Assembly: GCA_030704615.1 (NCBI GenBank)
Contig: CM060734.1
Location: forward strand, 57,598,001 to 57,662,000
Origin: Takakia lepidozioides
Taxonomy: Eukaryota; Plantae; Bryophyta
Length of the DNA: 64,000 nucleotides
Direction: 5' to 3'
The position numbers were made by a program, and so were the translations under genes. Every line of letters starts with the position of its first letter. Within the stretch, counting starts at the first letter, position 1. Below, piece by piece: positions 24,401-33,300 of the stretch. The notes under the pieces are model-generated. The model saw only the letters and a list, made by a program, of their open reading frames with translations, did not search any database and was not told the origin of the DNA.

Positions 24401-24949
24401 GCGGCAAAATCTATCCTGCAGTGGGATCGACAGGAGGCTGCGACTTATGTGTTATTATCAAACATTTATGCCGCAGCTGGCAGGTGGGATGATACTGCAA
24501 AGGTGAGAAGAATGATGAAGGTCAGAGGTGTGAGAAAGGAGCCAGGTCGCTGCTGCATTGAGGTCGGCAATAGAGTCCATACATTTGTAGTGGATGACAA
24601 ATTGCATCCACACATTGAGAAAATCCATGTTGAGCTGAGGAGATTGTCTGGGCAGATGAAAGAGGCAGGGTACATTCCCGACATGCGCTTTGTATTGCAT
24701 GATATGGAGGAGGAACAAAAGAAATTTTCTCTTTGCAACCACAGTGAGAAGCTGGCCATTGCTTTTGGCCTGATCAGCACGGCCCCTGGGACACCTCTCC
24801 GTATTATCAAGAATCTCCGGGTGTGTGGTGACTGCCACACGGCTTCCAAGTTCATCTCAAAGATAGTTGGGCGAACAATGGTTGTACGGGACGCAAACCG
24901 GTTTCACCACTTCCAAGATGGGGTTTGTTCTTGTGGGGAGTACTGGTGA
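21446..24949 (+). CDS. PLS-class PPR protein with intact DYW-type deaminase ending EYW; probable organellar C-to-U editing factor
   Basis: 1167-aa intronless ORF with a Ser/Arg-rich N-terminus, P-L-S triplets, RKEPGRCCIEV, HSEKLA, CGDCH and CSCGEYW. The true start is probably an ATG near 21479 or 21506. Confidence 0.93.
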   Translation: MHIAKIRGGAAMVKVREGAAMAASTIGMALSRSTSGCPHKPPRSYSCKSGAFPRASQRCRVYTLSGSSVHFPNPTALGYASNSLNAIAEQWRFVEQGHVHAHGHKEGGHTCKCPESQIADAENLCDECFVDPNQLWDNTGRKMHPREADFNHKSTNEGPRIDRSQKPARVEAELEKLDSARATCPKIVTTDEEKIWKKVFSNPCQLWENQGRIYLKGQEIKHNGSNNGLWILGNKKPLWVGGQLKAVSAKLCDSGTHAITTSFERFGDVRTLWKAGQLKETWQILKEGGVVADSKTYVSLLQQCIKVKGLAEGKQVHAHIIQSGFKPDIFLHNTLINMHAKCGSIVDARLVFDKMPERGLITWNIMIAGYAKHGYCREAFETYKQMMQEGVKPNKVTFASICNACASLDSLEKGKEVHAHIMKTGTVPDVILDTALINMYAKCGSIKDAKGVFDNMARRDVVSWNAMITGYAQHGCGMEALETYEQMKREGVAPNLVTFICVLKACGLEKGKAVHADIIKAGIVPNIVLDNTLVDMYAKCGSIMDAKVVFDNMAERNVVSWNAMIGGYAQHGCGTEALETYEQMILEGFKPNQVTFICVCNACASLADLEKAKEVHADITKTGIVPDIVLHNSLMNMYAKSGSIDDAKVLFDSIAKRDVVSWNAMIAGYAQHGYGKEALEAYEQMLQERVKPNQVTFVCICIACASLAVLQKCKDVHTDIMKAGIVPNIILDTTLVDMYAKCGSVKDARRLFDNMAERDVVSWNAMIAGYAQHGCGMEALETYEQMLREEVEPNQATFISVCNACASMAALQKGKEVHASIVRAGTVPNISLDNTLVDMYAKCGSIQDAKGVFDKMAERDVVSWNAMIAGYAQHGCRREALKVFEGMQKEGWKPDHITFVCVLSACSHGGLVDEGKHYFDSLSQDHGLTPTGEHFGCIVDLLGRAGRLDEAEDFIHTMPIKSNVKVWKALLGACRVHGNVEVAERAAKSILQWDRQEAATYVLLSNIYAAAGRWDDTAKVRRMMKVRGVRKEPGRCCIEVGNRVHTFVVDDKLHPHIEKIHVELRRLSGQMKEAGYIPDMRFVLHDMEEEQKKFSLCNHSEKLAIAFGLISTAPGTPLRIIKNLRVCGDCHTASKFISKIVGRTMVVRDANRFHHFQDGVCSCGEYW

Positions 24950-25317
24950 AAGGATGTTTTCTTCAAGGTGTGACTGTCTTTCTTCCTTCGTTAGATCTCT
25001 GGAGCTGCTAGGTTCAGTCACAATTACTTGGGAATGTCGGCTTTGATGTACTGTTGACGGTATATCCTCTGGCATATCAACTGTCCAAGAGCCAATTGTG
25101 GGGTCTACTCACCACAAGGTGGGATCTCTACCGGAAATTGCATTTTGGTCTTGTGTAATTAATGCCAATGTGCTTACAGGAGGTAAATGTTGATGTGCAA
25201 AGTGGTCTAGATCATGTTTGGAAACAAGGTGGATGCCTGCATTGCTTCTTTAGGTCCAGATGTGGATGTCGTTGGACTGCACAGTTGTCGCGAAGAGAGA
25301 GTTGCGAGAAAGATAAC

Positions 25318-25484
25318 GTACTCACGAGACGTTGTTTGCTGTAGCCTTGTGGCCATAGACCCCGTGCCCAAACAGTGGGTGCAGCACTGGGACTTCCCGG
25401 GAGATCACCTGTCCCAATACTATTCCGGACCAAAGGTGCTTCACTTCAGAGTTCTGATTGGATCTTGTGGGTATGACCACACCA
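25318..25484 (-). mobile_element. 5S rRNA-derived retroposon (candidate SINE3-type) with LINE-derived 3' tail
   Basis: Minus strand 25484-25376 reads TGGTGTGGTCATACC..GATCCAATCAGAACTCTGAAGTGAAGCACCTTTGGTCCGGAATAGTATTGGGACAGGTGATCTCCCGGGAAGTCCCAGTGCTGCACCCA, i.e. 5S rRNA with a ~10-nt deletion. Positions 25370-25318 match the LINE tail at 20702-20754 (48/53). Confidence 0.85.
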
Positions 25485-26872
25485 CACAATGAGAGAGAGA
25501 ATGTACTCATAGCCACACAACGAGAAAGAGAGAGAGTATGTGTGTTACATAGCATGTCAACACTAGACAAGGAAATACTGAACACAATGTGTTGTGTTTA
25601 CATCTTTTTAACGACATCAGACATCCTAATTGAGGCACCATTAAACTGCCCCTAGCCAGATCTGCCTTCATATCTCCCTTTACATATTCTTACTGGAAAT
25701 TTAGGTGTTCTTATGGCAATCAAATACACACTAGGTAGGCCCTTCTCACAATTGAGTTTACCTCCTCACTTTGATAACCTAAGAAGCAGGAAGTGCACGA
25801 GTGTCTCCTTAAAGGCAACTCCTTTCCAGCTCATAGATCCTTCAAACCCATTCAGAGAAAAACAGCAAGAGTTTGTGTTCAAAACCAACACATACAAACA
25901 GATTTGAGGTTGGAGAGAGCTCAAAGCCTCAGTCCCTTAGTCTCTTGCCCTTATTATCATTCCCTGCAACAAATGAAGGTGAAGTGGCCTCACCTGGATC
26001 CATCACAGCCAACTAACAAACCAACAGGTGAGTGAGCCTTGTGTAACCCCAAGCTTAAACCACTTCACATTTGTTATCGATGTCATCCGCTTCCTGTGTA
26101 GTTTTTGGGGTGAATCCAAGGATGTTCCTTTAAAACTACCTGCTCCAGCTGAGGCTTGGATTATGTGGTACCATCTCAAGACTTGATAACAGAGGTAGTT
26201 TGAAGGTTTCAATGTCTACAAATGCTACAAATAGAGTCTGACATCAAATCAACTTCAAGGAAGTTCGTCCCTTGATTGGCTGGAGAGCGGTCTTAGACAT
26301 TGGTAATTCAATGAGGCGCTCTAGGAAGACAACCAAGGGTGGGACTTCAACTTGAAAGTTTCGGTAATAGGTTCTTCTGTTAGCAGACCAACATGCCCTC
26401 CCTCTGGAGCATGGGCTGAAATAGGTGCATGTTGTTAGCTGAGTTGTATACCTACTGCTGGCAGAAATGGCCGGAAGGACAGTTTTACCTGTCCTCTCTT
26501 TGTTAGTATGACCTGCTTTGATTTGGCATAAGTAACCAATTCCCAGGGAGGTTGACCATGTTCTCCATGGTTGTTCAAGTAACTTAATTGGCCTCCGATA
26601 TGAGATTGACTGTGTTGACTGACCCATTGTTCCCCAATGCATGTTAGATAATTGATTTGACTTGTGAAATCTCCATGTTCTCCTTGATAAAAGGTGAGTA
26701 TGCAACTGGCCATGTTGACTGACCCATTGTTCTAGGGCATGCTAGACAGAGCATACAACTGCCCCCAAGTGGTAGGGGGTTGGGTAAACGGCAGCCGCGT
26801 TACCCCGGTTATTAGCCCTAAGACCGTGTCAACTCTTGAAAGTGTCCACCTTCCAAACGAAAGGGGGTGAAG

Positions 26873-27183
26873 TTTTTTCTTTTCTTTTTTGGTGAAGGGA
26901 CACCATAAGTGTCGGTAAGAGGGTAAGAGGAAGGTGGTCCGCTGGTTACCATTCAGAGATCACGCTCCAAAGGAGCTGCAGGGAATGGCCCGCGTAGACA
27001 TATTCTAAAGAGGGAGAGGCCCCAAGCTCTCCAACTAAATCCAATGCACTACCTTACCTGAAGCAAAGTGCTTCAGGTCAAAACAAACAAAGACACGAGG
27101 TCATAAGGCCAGCATTTTGTCACGCAGGCATTTGGGTACTCCCATATCAAGTCCACCCAATGGCATTGGGCTTCCTAGAGGGC
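26873..27183 (-). mobile_element. Possible A-tailed retroposed element, unclassified
   Basis: The minus strand ends TCCCTTCACC plus an A-rich tail, like the SINE tail at ~28610. It has a perfect 10-bp hairpin ACCTGAAGCA-AAG-TGCTTCAGGT at ~27056-27078 and abuts (GA)n. Confidence 0.3.
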
Positions 27184-28263
27184 AGAGAGAGAGAGAGATC
27201 TTGCATTTCCTCTACTGACAGGGTGTCGGCTGAGTGTCTGTGGAGTGGGTAATCTTCAGATGTTCTCCAATTCCAATATCATGGGACCATACACATCTAA
27301 TTCGGTTCATATCAGTCTCTCTCTTTCTTTTTCCCATACTGCCTGTCCCCCATGCTGCTTTAGTCTTAAATTTTCATCTTTTCATTCCCAAGTGCACAAG
27401 CGAGACACCCTTGCATAATTATGATGACTAGGTTTCAGTCAAGGAATCATGAACATGTCAAATCAGTCAAAAGTTGTATGTGTTGTATTTTGAGTTGATG
27501 GCCTGTGGCTATACTGCAGATGAATCATGGATGGCGATTGTGTACATTCAGTACAGGTTTGGTCCTGCTGTGACCACCTATAGAAAGCCCCTGGTAATGC
27601 ATCTCCTCATACGTCATTTCCAGGTATGACACTGCAGAGAGGTTTGGCAATGCTTAGATTAAATCTTCTGTCCACAGATCTCATGCTCAATTGGTCTAAG
27701 GTGTAGGATACATGCTTAACAAATTGTTCTTTTGTGGATTCTGCTCGGTGTATGTTGCCCTCATCCATTACCAACTTCATGAGATTGGAACTAACTTGGA
27801 ATTTATGCAGTTTGTCTTTTGAGAAGGATTGGTGGTGTCTTGCATGACCACATTTTATCTGATGTATTGCGTTAAGGTGGTTCCTATACTTCCGAAGCAA
27901 ATGACAGTGATGACAGAGGAGCATGCCGGTATGTGCTTCCACCTCTTTTTCCCTCCTGTTCTCAAATATGATGAAAAAAGTACAGAAAACTTGTGACTAA
28001 TTGGAAGCAGAGATTGTTCAAGCGTGATGATTATCCATCACTTTTTACAAATCAAAGGATCCTTTCAGGAATATCTGTGATCATGTCAAATACTACCCCA
28101 AAGGTGCTTGTACCACTACGCGATATAATATGCAGTATACCTATGCCATCATAAATTGTTACAATTGTAGATGCAGTATTTAGACTATTATTCCAAGGTT
28201 ATTTTCTCTCGGTTCTTTCATTCCATTTCGGGATTTTCATTTGCTTTCAGAAAAAGAAACGAC

Positions 28264-28633
28264 CGCCTGTTTTTAGCTTAGTTGGATAGAGCACTGAGTG
28301 CCACCTAGGATGATTCTGGGTTCAAATCCTGCTACCTTCTCGGGTGTGGTATGATCTTCCCTTGGGCGGTATCCCTTGAGCTTTGTGCTCGGTGCCTAGT
28401 GGCGAGGTTACCAATGAAGGAGGGGGCCACAAGCAGCTTAAAAGCAACTATAGCTCAAGGGGTTGTCTAAGAGTCAGTGCTAATCGGCCAAGCATTTCTG
28501 ATCCTCGTCATGGAAGACCTCCGTGAGAGATTGAGTATCTCGTAATAGACAGTTGCATCTCCTCCTCTAAGGGGCCTGGTTTGTGACTGGTAGCTCCTGG
28601 GTGTTTCCCTTCAAAAAATGAAAAAATAAAAAA
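28264..28633 (+). mobile_element. tRNA-derived SINE
   Basis: Pol III A box TAGCTTAGTTGG (~28273) and B box GGTTCAAATCC (~28319). No intact acceptor stem; ~300-nt body ending GTTTCCCTTC plus an A-rich tail. Confidence 0.6.
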
Positions 28634-29073
28634 TCAATAATGTGAAGTTTAGCTCCCATTAATAAAACCACCAGCTCATTTGCCTTTTACAGAGTCAAAA
28701 CAATATTCAAAGGAATTGGAAAGTTTCATTTTTGTGTAGGTGTTTGCATTTTCACGAGCTTCAATATGCTTGTGTTTTGATTGTCTTAAGACAATCAATG
28801 CATTTGTTCCTCACTTGACCATAGACATGGTCTTGAAGACACAGACTTGCATTTCCTCAGGTGCCAGGCTGATGTTACATGCAAGGGAAAGGCCTTATAT
28901 GTTTGACAATCTGCCTAGGACGAGTATGTGTGAATTGCTTGGTTTATCAGGTTACATTTATACTTATGTGCTTTGTGCTATTGTATACTCCCTGCTTTTC
29001 TCAGGGGTGCCTGTAACACTGGCTGTCTGCCTATCCTTGCACTTGAGAGTGAGGTTGAATTGTTAAGCTGCAG

Positions 29074-29490
29074 ATGAATCATAGGGAGAGGGAAACTTCG
29101 AACAAACTGTGTTTCAGTAAGATGTGTGCTCTTACGGCGGCCTCTGCCAAACGTGGTCAAAAAGGTGTTAGCTTCTTTGTTTGTGAATTCTTGTGTGACA
29201 ATTGTCAAATTATCAACAAGGGTTTGCGGTATGAGCACAGTATATGGCTGAAATTGAAATGGAAGGGTTGCGTGAGCACGGAGGACCTTTTGTGGGTTGT
29301 TTACATGCCCACAGAGGGACCCCAGGTGCTCACTCAGACGAAGCCTACGAAGACCTATAAGTTGGACTGCGCTAAGTTCCTCACCAATGGTCAGGTGGTC
29401 TTACTAGGCGGTTTCAATGCCCGAGTGGGTAAAGGTCTTCATCAGGATGATACCATTGGGCCTTTTGGTGAGGACAAGCTGAATTCTATC
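29074..29490 (+). mobile_element. LINE APE-endonuclease fragment
   Basis: GQKGVSFFV...SIWLKL...VVYMP...VLLGGFNARVG...IGPFGE follows the APE motif order. It is cut off by AT-rich TE sequence. Confidence 0.75.
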
Positions 29491-29607
29491 GAATTTTTCA
29501 ACTTAAGAAATGTTTTTTACTTTTAAATATACTAAAGTGTTTTTCATGGTGATTTACACCCAAGGTAAAATTTTCATAAATTTGATATGATTTTTTGAAG
29601 ACATTAA

Positions 29608-30428
29608 CCCTTAAGTTCCCAAGCGACCTGAAACGGGTCACTTTGAATTTGCAGTTCGACCTAATTTTTGCAGATCTAATCTGATGGGGCCCACTCCTGA
29701 AGCTTTAGTGACAAGGGATTTGTCTCGAGTATGATGCAAAAAACAAAATTAAAAAAAACAAAAGCTACAACATACAAAAAATATCTTAGATCTCTCATTT
29801 CCGTTTTGGGGCCTGAAAAGGGCTTGTTGACCGCTGATGTGGCAGGTAACAAGCCCAAAACAGATTGCACTCCAAAGGCCATTTTTGGTAGAAAAATTAG
29901 CAATTTTGGAAAAAGCGCTTCACCTTGTTAGTGTGTGAGCATTACATACACACATCCACCATTGGCTTTTAAAAATTTTGTAGAAAAAAAAGTACTTCAG
30001 TTGGGGCACATTTTCTCTTGTCAATTTTGAGATTTCAACCCCCATGTAATTGCATGCATAGCAACCATAGGTGAAAAAATCAGTTGGACATGCAATTTAG
30101 TGGGGTCATAGCCACTCCACTATTGATTTGGAAATGGTGGGTCTTGGGGCAAGCAAAATTGGATAAAGCTAAGTTTTGATTTGGTCAAACCAATTTCTTT
30201 CTCACTTTTTCTTTGGGACCTGATATTTGAGGTCCGGGGGGCCAACGCTATAATCTCACAATTTGCAGGGTGGACTTGGCTCATTTTTTGGTATGTCATG
30301 CATAACTGAGCCCATTGCTATAAGGTTGGAATCTCCGGATAATTTTTGGAAGGTTTCTAGGGGCAATTTACTGCAGCTGGGTACCCAAAATTGGTAAAAA
30401 GTCAAAAAAGGGCTTGGGAACTTAAGGG
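29608..30428. mobile_element. Non-autonomous piggyBac-like DNA transposon (821 bp)
   Basis: Perfect 17-bp TIRs CCCTTAAGTTCCCAAGC / GCTTGGGAACTTAAGGG, flanked by TTAA at 29604-29607 and 30429-30432. No coding capacity. Confidence 0.78.
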
Positions 30429-30603
30429 TTAAGCTTAAGAAAACCATAATATTTCACTTTTAATGAGACAATTCTAAAATATTCAAGATTTATAGTAAAC
30501 ATATAGGTTCATCTATGAAAAATATTAAAAATTAATTTTCTCAAATTCAAGAGCTACAAATCGAAGTTTGACATTGAGAATTGCGTGGTCCTTTAGGGGT
30601 TAA

Positions 30604-31460
30604 TATGTAGAGCAGTTTCATTCGGGCCCTGATTCTAGAATGGTCCAGGAATTGGAGTGGGGCTTACATAGGAAGGGCACGTGTATTAAGGAATGAGACG
30701 AGGGGGTCCAGAAGAAGAAGGGAGGAATTAGCCAAATTTAGAATAAAGAGTCATGTAGGGTTCACATGTGTCCAAGGCCTTCTAGAAGGTTCCCACGGTC
30801 GGCATGCTTCTAAAAGGGTCCCAAGGAAGGGCCCCCGCCCTCTTACTACCTACTAAATTAATAAATAGTGGGCTTTGCAAAGGCAGGGCCCAAAATAAAA
30901 GCAACAAACATGAATCAATTAATCAATAGAAACCACAATATGTAATTATAAACTGTCTGGAAAAACTGCAGAGACATCATGGTGTTTGCTGGAAATATAC
31001 TTCAAATGATATACTTTATTTCACCATGACAATATACTCCAAAAAAGCATGACAATATAACAATTCTTCCAGACAGTTTATAACTACATATTGTGGTTTC
31101 TATTAATTAATTGATTCATGTTTGCTGTTTTTTTTTGGGGCCCTGCCTTTGTAGAGCCCACTATTTATTAATTCAGTAGGTAAGTAAGAGGGGGGGCCTC
31201 CCTTATATACCCTCTTAGGGCGGTGGACCCTCTAGAAGCCCGCCGACCCCGGGACTCTTCTAGAAGGCCCTGGACACATGTCAACCCTACAAGACTCCCT
31301 ATTCTAAATTTGGCTAATTCCTCCCTTCTTTTTTTGTACCCCCTCATATCATTCCTTAATACTCGTGCCCTTCCTACATAAGCGCCCCACTCTAATTCAT
31401 GGGCCACAGTAATTCCTGGACCACTCTAGAATCAGGGCCCGAATGAATCTGCTCTACGTA
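30604..31460. mobile_element. Foldback element with ~360-390-bp inverted arms
   Basis: Arms 30604-30962 and 31067-31460 are reverse complements with scattered mismatches and indels (TATGTAGAGCAG ... CTGCTCTACGTA), separated by a ~100-bp spacer. Confidence 0.88.
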
Positions 31461-33300
31461 TTTAACTCGCTTCCGGTACTGGTATATTTATTACAGAAAT
31501 AATACCTGCCAACCTACATCGCTATAGATTGGAAAACATAGTGCAACTGTTACTACCTACCAGCACGTCCGAATGGAAATGTGCTCCAATGTGGTGGTGA
31601 AGACCCCTATGTTATACTTCACAGAGAAAACACCCCACTACCCCAGACTTCCATAGTTAGTAAAGCTCTCAAAGATATGCAGCATGATAACCCGAATAGA
31701 AACTGCTTCTCTGAGCATTATCGACCTCCAAAATTGTCACACCTGCAATGCACAGGACCCACCCAATTCATGCCCTCTTACTCTTCAAAATGCACATTCT
31801 TCGACACTACTGCACCTCACATAATAAACTTGCCAACCTCTATAAATACCCCCTGCAAGGAATTCTTGCAATACACAGAGAACAATTTATGCATACTGCC
31901 TCTCATATATACCTTTCTGAACTTGGCCTGCACCCGCGTCACCAACATAGGAACCCTCCTAGTACGACCTAGAAATACAGCGCTTAACACCCGCTTCAAT
32001 ATCTCGTTTTAGCTTGAAACTACGCCTCAACCCCCAGCAGCTTAACCCCTGCAGCAGTCATACCCCACTTGAGTGATATATTGCTACCACCAAAAAGATG
32101 TTGTCACCCGAAAGCAGCACCACCCACTATACAAACTACTACTGAATGCTATAATCATATCAGATTAAATCACCCCATAAGTTGCCACTGCAAGCTCTAT
32201 CCACCACGTACTGCTTCAAGCATGTATACACTGTTAATGTAATATCACACCAGTATTGTCGGAAAAATAGCCAAAGACTATGATGAATTACCTCTGTCAT
32301 GTTACATCTGTCTGACTCACAGCATTAACTTAGCACTGGGAAAAGGTCCAACTACAGGCCAACCTCTGTGGGAGGATGTATATGTATATAACATTATCCG
32401 CCTCAAATGGCATCATTCTCTCATAGAGATAATGGGTCTGCAACCACAAAACATTCGGACATCGTGGTGTTGCCACCTGCTATATACCCACCTGACTGCT
32501 GCTGTAAGCCAATCTGGACATACGGCAGTACCAAAATACAGGCCCCTACTATTTTGATAACCTTTTTACACAATGTTTCCCCACATATGCACAAAGATCT
32601 CCTGACCTACATCAACAATGAGCAAAGAAACATGCCATCTACAGCTCACCTCCCAGATTATGTGCTGCATAGGTCCATAGATTTACTGCCCTCCGCAATA
32701 TATCATTTGCCATTGCACATTTGGAATCTGCACAGTTTAAAAATCCAATTAACATCCCAGTACCATGCTGAGTGCATACATGGTATGCTTGCTATAGCCA
32801 GAGAGAGATTATCACCCTGCTCCACACCATTCTGCAGAGGTATCAGAGTCTTTTGTCCTATCTCCAATCTGGAAACATACTTCACATGGCACCCTGCTCT
32901 AAGCAGGTGATACCCTTTACCTTGGCAGATGACTCCAAAAAAATGGACAATACTCAGAAGATCTTGCAAATCCCACAACAGTAGTTCACCTCCACAGTGC
33001 TGATAAACCTTATTGTAGAAACAAAGCCTGCCAACCTATATTGCTAAGAATCAAACACACAATGCAGCTGTCACTGCCTCTCTGCAGAGCATTATCCACT
33101 CCCAAAAAAGCCAAACGTGCAGTGCACAAGGCTCACCCATTTTCAGACCCTTTAACTCTTTAAAATGTACTAAGCGTTATGCATTTCCTCAGACTGAAAA
33201 TGTGATTTGTCCACTGCTGTGAACCTATGCACCTGGTTGTCGACCTCAATGCAGCCGTACCCTGCCTCCTTTCAGACACCTCTGTTCCCCATCATTCTTC

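Noticed and set aside
21446-24949. U-to-C (DYW:KP) editing factor
   Set aside because: The PG box and HSE/CxxC motifs are of the canonical C-to-U type; EYW is a minor terminal variant.
25376-25484. Functional 5S rRNA gene
   Set aside because: It has a ~10-nt internal deletion, altered promoter boxes, no oligo-T terminator, no tandem array, and is fused to a LINE tail.
28264-28340. Functional tRNA gene
   Set aside because: A and B boxes are present but I could not form an acceptor stem; it continues into a SINE-like body and A tail.
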